NCBI GenBank assembly: GCA_965660855.1
Contig: CBFIBM010000001.1
Coordinates: 224,001 to 288,000 of the forward strand
Reading direction: 5' to 3'
DNA: 64,000 bases
Source: an uncultured bacterium
GTDB taxonomy: Bacteria; Fidelibacterota; Marinisomatia; Marinisomatales; UBA1611
The notes under the pieces were generated by a model that worked only from the letters and a program-made list of their open reading frames with translations, did not search any database and was not told the DNA's origin. Of this stretch, positions 49,414-61,400 are shown one piece after another; position 1 is the stretch's first letter, and the number at the start of each line of letters is the position of its first letter. A program made the position numbers and the translations under genes.

Positions 49414-52400
49414 ATGTATAAATCATATAATTCTAAGTATTTATCTGTCGTATTATTCCTGTTTTTTCAGTCGGGTTTGATATTTGGACAAGCTATTGAT
49501 TTTTATCCTGCTGGTCAAGTAGCAGATGGTGATAATATTTACAATATTAATTCAACAGTTGCAACTAATGGTCCTTTTTCTGGGTCAAATGCCGGTGGAG
49601 TATGGGTAACGGGATCAAGTCTTGAATACACTTCATGGGATGTTCAAATACAATTTGATGGTGGGGCGTTTACTACTATAAACGGTGATGGTTCAAATGA
49701 TGATAATGCCTCTGCTAATGGGCAAAGTTTTGGAAGTGCAACTGTTCGCCCAACTGCTGATGGTGATCTTAATATCTGGTTTAGTCATGCAGAGATTGCG
49801 GCCACCTCAGGTTATCCTGGAACTGTTGATGGGATTAACATCTCATTTAGAATAAGAAAAGTAAGTGATGGTAGTACATTACCAACTTCGCCACAAGATT
49901 ATGCCTTTGATTTAGTTGCTCCGACTCTTACTTCTGCCAGTATAGCTTCAGATAACGATAATACAAGTTGGGCTAAGTCTGGCGACAATATTACCATAAC
50001 GTTAACTGCACCAAGTGGAAGTGACGGAGAAAATTTAGGTACCTCAGATCAATGGTCAACATCAATTCAGGGTCTTGGTGCTTCTGTATCAGGTTCAGGG
50101 CTTGTTTGGACTGTCTCAGCAACTGTAAGTAGTCATCCGGAAGGGACTGTTTATTTTCAAATAACATATTACGATGCATATGAAAACCCAGGAACTGTAC
50201 TAACCGCTGTAGTGGGAAATACTTCACAAGTAATAATAGATAAGACTCCCCCTAATATTTCAGCTACAATTCTATCAGATGATAATACAAATAATACACA
50301 ATATTTAGCGACTACTGGTGACGACGTTACTTTAACAATTACTGCAACTGATGATGATGGAGGTGCAGAGATTATTCAAGTTCCAACCGTAACTATTGAC
50401 GGAAATACTCCTACTGGAAGTAATCTTTCTGTTCCAGCTAGTTCCTACACTGCTTACAGAACGATGCAAGCAGGTGATACGCAAGGAGATGTTGGCTTTG
50501 CAATTACTGGTATAAAAGATAGAGCCGGTAATACGGCTACCAATGTAACTGCTGTTACATCTGGTAGTAATGTTCGGTTTGATTCAGCTGTTCCAACAAT
50601 AAATTCTCTCACAGTTGCATCAAATAACGCCATTGCGAGTAATAAAGCTACCATAGGAGATGTTATAACTATTTCCTTTGCATCAACTGGTAATGAATCT
50701 TTACAAACTCCTGTTGTTACTATCGATGGTGAAGATGCGCTTGAGCAACAAAATGGGAATGCTTATACTTGGACAGCAACAAAAACAATGGATGCGGAAG
50801 ATACGGAGCGACTTACGCAGTTCTCATTGAATTTTAAAGATTTAGCTGCTAACAGTGGTACCGCTTTAGATCATGGTGATATTACAGCTGGTACACTTGT
50901 TGATTTTGACGCAACGCCTCCAACAATTAATTCGGAAACTGCTTCCACCACAAATTCCTACGATAACACGCTAGCAATTTTAAATCAGGTCATCTCTATT
51001 GATATTGTAAGTGCTGAAGAACTCTATAGTATTAAGGATGTTCTTATCGCAGGGAAAGCGGTAGCTGATCAAGTGACTGCAGCAACAAATGTAACAGATT
51101 GGACTATAAATCATGTAGTGGATGGTACGGAAGCGGATGGGTATGTTGGTTATTCTTACACAGCTGTTGATTTAGCTGGAAATGAGACAAATGTAGTTAA
51201 ATCAAGTAGTAGTATTCGTATCGATAACTCAAAACCAGTGCTAAATACAGTTACCATTATTTCAAATAATACAAATACTGCTTACGCAAAAATTGGTGAT
51301 GTTGCTACGATAAATATTGTTGCAAATGAGGCTCTCCGCATTAGCCCTGTTGTTTCGATTCAAGGGAGAACTGCGACTATCGCTGCTGCAGGAGATGGCA
51401 TCACCTTTACAGCAACTCATACCTTTGATAATACTGATACTGAAGGTCTCGTAGCTTTTCAAATTGATTTTGAAAATGCTTTTGGACTTGCTGGAGACAG
51501 AATTATTGATGATGGTACAGGTTCCACAACTAATAATGGCGCAACCGTAAGGTTTGATAGAACAGCTCCTACATTAAACCCTGTTACTGTAACATCAAAT
51601 AATAATAATTCTTCATATGCGAAAGTAGGTGATATTGTTACGTTATCTTTTACTTCTATTGAAGCGATTCAAGATCCACCAACAGTCGTTTTCCTAAGCA
51701 CACCGGGAGATAATCGAGCTGGGACTGTTTCTGGAAGTGGTACAAGTTGGAATGCAACATATACTATGCAAAACTCTGATACAGAGGGAGATGTTGATTT
51801 TTACATTGATTTTGTTGATATCGCGGGGAATACGGGTGTAAGAGAAACAAGTCTTTCATCTGGAAGTGAAATTATTTTTGATCGTGATATACCCGAACTC
51901 ACAACTGTAGATATATCCTCGAGTAATGCAAATCCAGCTCTATCAAAAGTTGGTGATGTTATAACCTTAGCTATTACTTCAGATGAAGATATTCAGATAC
52001 CGACTGTTACTATTGCAGGAACCACAATAGCTAGTGAAAATATTACCGGTAATGATGGTGAAAGAAACTTCACAGCTACATATACGATGCAAAGCTCAGA
52101 CAATACAACAGCTGCTATTGGTTTTACAATTGATTTTGCAGATCTTGCAAATAATTTAGGAACTCAAAAAACAGCTATAGTAAATGATGGAGATGGACTT
52201 GGAGTTGGTTTTGACAAACAGGCGCCAGGTTTAAATATTGTTACTATACTTTCGAATAATGATAATAGAGCAGGAACAGGAAATAAAACTGGTTTAGCAA
52301 TAGTAAATGATATCATCACTTTAAACTTTGAGTCAGACGAAGATTTAAAAACTGGAGTGACTCCGGCTGTCCTTATTGCGGGAAATGCTGCAACGGTTGT

Positions 52401-55400
52401 TCGTAATGCAAATAATGATTTTACTGCCACTTATCAAATGGCATCAGATGATGACACAGATGGAGCTAATATTACTATTTCTATTTCTAACCTTGTTGAC
52501 CCATCTGGGAATACTCCTGCTAGTGCAATAACAACAACTACTGATGGTTCGTATGTTAAATTTGATAAAACAAACCCAATCTTGGGTTCTATTACTATTG
52601 CATCTAATAATTTAAATAATACACTTGCTATCGAGGGTCAAGTTGTTACATTGACTTTTGCATCTAGTGAAGATATCGGAACACCAACTGTGAATATCTT
52701 GGGTGGTGCTGCTACAGTTACTAATGTTGCAGACTCAAGTAATTGGGTTGCCACAAAAACTGTTGGTGGCGCTGATAGCGAGGGTGTAGTAGGATTTAGT
52801 ATTGCTTATTCTGATAAGGCAGGAAATAACGGAACGACGAGAACTGATTTAACAGGCGGAGGTGATCCTGTTACTGTTGATCTAACAGTACCTCAAATTA
52901 CCAAAGCTTCTATAGCTACAAATAATTCCACAGGCGATGAATTATCGGTTCCTGGTGATGTCGTAACTCTTGAAATAGAGACCTCAGAGGCTATTCAGAC
53001 ACCGACTGTTACTATTGCCACACAAACAGCTACTGTAAGTCAAGGTGCAGATGCATTAACGTGGACAGCCACATACGCGATGACAACAAATGAATCAAAT
53101 GGAGCAGTTCCTTTCGCAATTGATTTTACGGATCTTTCCGGAAACCAAGGAAATGGTGGGGCTTCCTATACCGCCTTACTAAATGACGATGATGGAAACT
53201 CTGTCAGTTTTGATAAAACTCAGCCAGAGTTAGATTATGTAAATATACAATCAGATAATACTTTGCCTGCTTATGCTAGAGTTGGATCTGAAGTAACTTT
53301 AGGGTTCGAGTCTAACGAAGCATTAAGCTCATATGCTGTAACTATTAATGGAAATACAGTTGCAGTTTCTTATGATGCTGTTGCAGATAGATATAGCGCT
53401 GCATATACCTTAGTTGACGGAGATTCGGAAGGGGATGTTACGTTTACAATTGATTATACAGATTTAAATGGTTATCAGGGCGTTCAGCAAACGGAAACTT
53501 TAGATGATTCTAATGTAGAGTTTGATAAAACTCCTCCACAGATGGATGTACTCACTTATTCTTCAAATAATGCAAATATGACATCAATGGCAAAAGAAGG
53601 AGATGTTATTACTGTAAATCTTGAAGCGGATGAAAATTTACAATCTCCAACTATTACCCTAGCAGGAAATGCTAGCGGAACTCCAGTTGTTGGAGGTACA
53701 AATGCTATTTGGAGTTCGGCTTACACTGTTCCATCTCTGTCTGATGGTGTTGTTGCATTGCAAGTTGATTTTAAAGATTATGCAGGTAATTCTGGTACTA
53801 GGCAGGTTGCGCCGTTGACAGGATCTGCTGTGACCTATGATGGTACTGCTCCGACACTTGGAACAGTAACCTTTGTAAGTAATAATAGCTATTCAACTGC
53901 AAAAGCAAAATTATTTGATGAGGTAACTCTTACAATTGCTGCAGATGAAAGCATTCAAACACCAACTATTACAATTTCAGGGACTTCTATAACTCCAACG
54001 ATGGGACTAAATTCTGAAAATTGGGTTGCTACATACATTTTACAAGAATCCGACGCAGAAATAGATATTCCATTTACTGTAGATTTTAATGATTTAGCTG
54101 ATAACGCTGGAACTCAAGTAATTGCTACTACCGGTGGTGAGGTCGTTAATTATGATAATACAGCTCCTGTAACTACCGGACTTGTTGTTGATTTGAAAGA
54201 TGCATCGGACACAGGGTTATCAAATAGCGATAATATCACAACTGTTTTAACTCCTACATTTGAAATTCAAAATTTAACATCAGGTCCTGCTTCTGCGACA
54301 GGAGAGAAGTTAATTCTTAATATTAATGGCACGGACTATGATTCTCTGACAATCACTGTTAATGCAATGAGTATATCTGTCCCTGATGCAACCCCGCTTA
54401 CAAATAATGTACTTCCCTATACGGTGACAGCATATATAAGAGATCTTGCTGGTAATTTATCTCTTGCATCCACATCCTCTATTTCATTAACAATTGATAC
54501 TGAAGCACCATTAACAAATGCTGAAATAAATCTTGTTGATGGGTCAGACTCCGGATCTGATAATGCTGATAATATTACAAGTGACAATACGCCCACTTTA
54601 GAAGTGAATGGATTAGCTGATGGAGAGATTTATACTGTTATTGTTGAATATGATCTTGAAGGTGGTGCATCTGACCAAGTAGTTGTTAATGATCTTATGA
54701 GTCAAGCAGTAACGGATCAATTTACTACAACCGCATTAAGTGATGGGGTTTATACTTTTACGTATAAATTGGTAGATACAGCGGGAAATACTTCATTGGA
54801 AAGTGATCCTCTTGCAGTAACAATTGACCGAACACAACCTGCAATATCAAGCGCTCCTGATCTTGTTGATGTGTTTGATACAGGTACTCTAGATAGCGAT
54901 AATCTTACAAATCTCGAAAATCTTCAATTTAGTGTATCAAATTTAGTTGTGGGTGAAACCTTAACAATATATAACGATGCTGATGATAGTGTCTTAGGTA
55001 GCAAAACAATAACAGCAGTAACAGAGACTATTACGATAAATGGTTTTACGGAAGGTGCACATACTGTTTACGCACGACTAACAGATTTAGCAGGAAACCA
55101 GTGTGGTGAATCTGGAGCACTTAGTTTTACTGTAGATATAACTGCAATCGATGTTACTGGTATTACTCTCGATCTAAATACTGCAGATGACTCTGGTACT
55201 AGGTCTGATGACGATCTTACAAATATTAACACACCAACTTTTACATTAGCAACGGTCTCTATTAATGATATCGTACATCTTTACGCAGATGGCAGTTTAG
55301 TTGGTTCAGCAACTTCTATTGGATCATCAGTTGAGGTAACAAGTAGCACGCTAGTTGATAATCCGTATGAAATGAGTTTTACCGTGACAGATTATGCTGG

Positions 55401-58400
55401 AAATGTATCTCTTGTTTCAGGTAATACATTGGATATTACGATTGATACGACTCCATGGGGAACGTTAAAAGACCTTGTCTTAGTTACAGATACTGGCGTA
55501 GATAATGCAGACAATATTACCAATGATCAAACGCCTACATTTAATATTCCTTCTGATTTAGATTTTGCCGAATTAGATATGATTCGTCTATACAGGAATA
55601 ATGGTGTTTCAACGACTCTTATTCACTCTGAGAGAAAGTTAGCTTCTACAACTTCTCATAGTATTACTGTTCCTAATGCGTCTGCGCTTGGGGAAGGTAG
55701 TTATGATTTCAGATACGACATAGTGGACTATGCTGGGAATGTATCCTTAGCAACGAGTGCCTCTTTATCAATTACTATAGATGTAACGCCTCCACTATAT
55801 TCGCAAAATACTCCTGATTTAAGTGATAATACAGATACAGGAGGAGATTCATCAGACCCAACGGATCCTTTAACTATTGATAATTTAACAAATAGTTCAA
55901 CGCTTACGGTTACTCTAGGTGGGTATACAACAGGTGATTATGCTGTTTTAAGTTATTCCTATGGCGGCGTAATAACTGTAGTAGAAGATTATAGCTTAGT
56001 TGAAGCCGGTGATGCAGGAAGCAAGACGTTCTCATTTCCGCATGTTGGAGAAGGAACCTACTCAATACTTTCAAATGCATCTGATGCAGCAGGAAATCTT
56101 ACAGGAACTACAGCCTTAACTGTCACCGTTGATACCACCCCTCCAGATGCAAATCTAGTTGTATTAGATTTAGTAGATGGCTCTGATACTGGTGGTGATC
56201 CTTTAAATGGTTCTGATCCTTTAACTATTGATAATATTACAAATGATACTACTCCAGATATAACAATTTCTGGAGTCTCATCTCTGGATTCGGTTATTGT
56301 ACATAATAATGATGTTAATAACTCAGGAAAAGCTAGAGGGCTTCCAACTGGAACGACAATAACATTAACACAAGATTTTACATCTGCTGCAGATGCGCAA
56401 ATTAATATGCATGTAACCTTAAAAGATCTTGCTGGAAATGAATCCGTAGCTTCTCCTGTTCCCCTGGTTCTAACCTTAGATACTACTGCACCGCTTTCTG
56501 GAACAACTCCCACCTTGCCAGACTTAACGGATGCAACGGATACAGGAGAATATCCATCAGATAATAAAACATACCTACAAAATCCAAGTTTTGATTTAGA
56601 TCTAACAGGCGTCTTTGAAGCAGATAGTATTATTCTTTTTGCCCAAACAGGAATAATAAAATCTACAGTGGGACGTAGTATTAAAATTTTGAATGATCAA
56701 ACCGCATCCATTACAGTAGGTGAAGGTGGAGTAGCTGTTGGAACAAAATTAAGTGAAGCTAGTGATTATATTATAACCTATAAATTAAAGGATGCAGCAG
56801 GAAATATATCCTCTGAAAGTGCTCCTTTGAACCCATTGCATATTGATATCACTTACCCAGCTGTTCCTGGAAATCCAGATCTTGAATCTGCATATGATAC
56901 GGGGAAAAGTGATTCTGATAATATTACAAATGCATCAAATGTTTTTATTGATATGCCAGGGATTGAACCCGGTCTAATTGGAAAGCTCTATACCTTCTCT
57001 GATGTGGGAGATGATGGTATAGCTGGAACTGGAGATACTGGTGAAAATGATGGGATATTTAATTTTGAGGATTATGGTTTAGATGCTACACCTGGTACCA
57101 ATGATTTTGGTGAAGGGAATGGTGCATATGATGAAGGAGAAAACTCTGCAGAATCGCCTACAATCGTTGTTGCTGATTACAGCGGTGATAACCCTAACTT
57201 TGATAATTGGTTTTTAAATGATTGGGATCTTTCAGGAAATGACTCAGATTGTGGATGTTTAGATGGAACTCTTACTTATAATTACGAAACAGCTCCAAAT
57301 GATTCTGTAGCGATTGGTTTTTTTACAATTCATGAAGATTTAGTTGGTCATAGAAAACAGTCTTCTAATGCATTAATTATTCAAGCGGATAGAAAAATTC
57401 CATTACAATTAGCTACTGTGACTTATTCAGATGCTGATTTCTTAGTGAACTCTACTAATATTCTAAGGTATACTTTTACTTATCCAGAAGAATTAGATTC
57501 TAGTATTGAACCTCCAACTTTTGACCTGAGGTTCCCTACAGAAGCACCAACTTTAGAAAATCAACCATTGGTTTATTCTGGATCTAACAATGTATGGTAT
57601 TATGATTTAAACCTATCAGGTTATAGTGGCGAAAATGGTTTAATCATAGCTCAAAATCATTCAGCTCGTGATGTTGCAGGTAATTCAATTGTAGCACCTC
57701 TTTGGACAGATATAACAATTGATAATTTACCTGCGGAATTCACTCAGATATCACCAGATACAGGTTCATTCAATAATGTTTTGAATAATTTCTCCTGGAT
57801 CTTAAGTGAAGATTTAGATCCTGCGCAAACAAACGTTATCAATTTTTATCAAAACAATACTGTTGTCACGACTTACCCTCTTTCTGGAACTGAGCTTTTG
57901 GCTGGAATACGTGCAATTGGTGAATTGGGTATTGGTTTTTCTATTGCAGATGGAATGTACACTATATCTTTTGAGACAGTAGATGTTGTTGGGAATGTTG
58001 GAAAAGTAGATTTAGAAAATTACTCATATGATACAAAAAATCCTTCCGTTTCGATGAGCTACTCTAGAGAAGTAGTAACGGCTGATTCTATAGTAACAAT
58101 TACAGCTACCTTTGATGAACCTGTTAAGAGTTCTCCTGTAATTCACCTTACAGCGATGGATAGTTTGATTGCTGGTGCAAATCATATTGAAGCTGAAATG
58201 ACACTACCTGGCGGTTGCGAGTGTTTAGATAATAATGGAATTCTTATTCCTGAATGTGATCCTGCAATTGATGAAGCTACTTGCACAGATGTTAATGGAT
58301 TTAATGCAAATTGGGATCCTGATTACTTTGGTGTAGATGATAGTACTATTTGGATTTATCATTACACCGCCCCTGATATTGATGAAGTTAATTTAAGTAT

Positions 58401-61400
58401 TACCAATTCAGGTGTAGTTGATGTTTGGATAATTGCAAATGATTTAGCTGCAAATCCATTATATATGAATGATAATGCAGTAAATGGTACCACATCAGGA
58501 TATACAAATTCAAAACCTCTGTATGTTGATAACGATAAAACAATACCAACTTACAGTTATGTGAATCTTACAAATAGCTCCATAGTAGATGCAGCTGGTA
58601 ACCCAACTAATTATGCTGGTGCAGGTGGGGATATAATTGAAATTACCATTACTTTAAATCAGCCCATCTTAACTAATAATCCTATTCCAGAGCTGAGATA
58701 TTCCTATGGATCTGGTTCTGGAGATGGAATAAGTGATGTTACTTTCGTCTCTGTTGCTGATGTAGAAGATGGAATTGACCCTTCATCTATTGACCCCTTA
58801 ACTGAGGCTAATAGAATTTGGAAGTGGAATTTACTCATTCCTGATTTGCTGGAGTGGGATGGAGAAATAGATTTTAACTTATATGCTCGAGATTTAGCAA
58901 ATGTACTCATTTCAGATATAAATGAAGTAGATGATAAAAGTTTTATTGTAGATAATATTCATCCTGCTGATTTTCAAACTGGTACAGTTACTGTTGCTGG
59001 TGAAAATCCAGTACAGGGATATATAACAGGTTTTATAAATCAAATTAGTGTGGCTGTTCCAATTCCTACACAAGCTGAAGATCCTACAATTATTAACGGT
59101 GAAGTAAAAGTGGAGTTCTTTAATTTGAATAGGGGCGTTGATTGGGTTACCATTGGAACAAATTCAGACATCACAGAGGTAGGCGATTTAGTGTTCACTA
59201 GGAATTTAACAGATCTTTATGCAGTTATGACTCAAGATGTTGATATTATTACTGGTGATCAAATTTCTGTTCGTGCTAGTCTCATTGATCGTAATGGAAA
59301 TGTAACAATTGGATCTGAAAGTGCTATGCAAATGGCGTATGATCCAACTGCTCCTGTTATGGGTTCTATAACAGGTGGTAATTTTTCAGGTGAAAGTAGC
59401 CCTCAATATTCGAATGATTTAATTAATCTAGAATGGTCTGAGTTTCTTGAAAGTGATCCAGGTGAATCTGGTGTCCAGAAATACGAAATATTAATTCGAA
59501 AACTAGCAGACGGAGATTGTGATTGTCTTGACTCTGATGGAAATATTATTGCAGAATGTGAATCCACCGTTGATTATACTACCTGTGTTTCAGATGTTGA
59601 AGATGGTGGCTTTGCGAGTAACTGGTCTATTGAAGATATTGCTGATAGTGTACTTATCGATTGGACGGAAGTCTTACCGCCAACAACAAGTTTCTCCTAT
59701 GAACCTGTTTTAGAGCACAATAATAAGTATAGAGCTTTTGTTCGAGCTATAGATGTAGCAGGAAATATATCTTCTACGTTATCTTCCGAGATTTTATTTA
59801 GATTAAACTCTGCTCCAATTATATCATCTTTAGAATCTGCAATATTAAATGAGGATTTTTTCTGGTCGGATACGATAAAATTCACAGATCTTGATTTAAA
59901 TATCCAACAAAATGATCAATTTACGTTTGAAGTAATTACAACTCTTCAAGAAGGAGCAACAGCATTTTTAGAAGAGGGTGTAGCACAAGGTGGTAGTGTA
60001 TCTGAGATTATTTTCTCTGAATCAGCAGTGCCTCAAGATAATTTTTATAAAGGAAATGTCGTCACATTATTAGGTGGTGTTGAGGATAGTGTTAGGACAA
60101 TTTTAGACTATGATGGTACAACAAAGGTTGCTACTATATCAGAAGGGTTAAATGATTGGACTTCTCCACCAATACAGGGTTCTCAATATAAAATAACCAG
60201 AGGGTCCGTTTCGATAAATGCATATACACCAGAGGAAGGTGATTCAGGCATTGACAGGTATGCCATTTTATCTTGGAAACCAACACAAGTTGATGTAAAC
60301 AGCTATGATCTATCAATTAGAGTAAATGATGCATATAACCACGCTGACACATTACCGCTTGTATTAACCGTTCGACCTATCAATGACCCACCAGTATTTG
60401 TGATTGCTGACGATAATAAAACTATTGAATGGAGAGAAGACACTAGTTCTGTTTTGCCTGCTACACTGAATTTAAGTCGTTATATGTATGATGTTGATAA
60501 TGATATGACAAACGAAGATGAAATAAACTGGACTGCTATTATTTATGATACATCCCAAATTGATGAAGACTTTCCCTATGGACAAGTTTTTGTGAAACCA
60601 GGAACTCCAAAACATATACAAGCAAGGCTACTTAGAGATAATATAGGTTTTGACATTTATGATATGGATTCAAAAGGAAGCAATAAAATATCTAGACGTA
60701 CATTAGAATTGATGAATAGTTCTGTAGTAAATGATCCTCTAATTAATATTACATTTACTATGACTGCAGCGGACTCGACCATAGCTACATTTTTTAGTGC
60801 ACCTAACTATTACGGTTCCAATCACATGGTTGTATTTGAGGTATCTGATTTGGATGGTGCTGCAGCTCGTGACACAATTACAGTTAATGTATTACCGGAA
60901 AATGATCCACCTTTAATCACAACTCTTGAAAATGCATTCGTTGCTGAAAATGACTCAATTAATTTAGAATTTGGTTCTTTCACTACTGATATTGATGATA
61001 CATCATTGACATTTACAATTGAAGCATTCAGAGCAAATAGACAAACGGGCGAAGTCATTTTAAATGAAAGTGGTTTACCCATACCTCAGGATAGTATCAC
61101 TATATTTCCAAATACTTTTATTTCACATAATGTTGGTGACTCTGTTTTATTTATTCCAGATAAGCTCTGGTCTCATAAAGCCATTATTCAAGTTGTTGCT
61201 AGTGATGGGGTTTCTTCTGATACCTCAAGTTTTACACTTGATGTAGAAAGAGTTTTGCGCCCTCATTTAACTGTTGCTCTTATACAAAATACTGCTTTTA
61301 GTAGATTCTTGCAGGTCATTGTTACAGATACAGCCTCCAAAGCAACAAATATTTCTATGGAAATTCAAAATCAAGATATAGAAATAGATACAATAGCTGC

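Noticed and set aside
49991..61246. Short antisense or alternate-frame ORFs inside the giant gene (and similar ones inside other genes)
   Set aside because: Fully nested in well-supported CDSs with no recognisable motifs.
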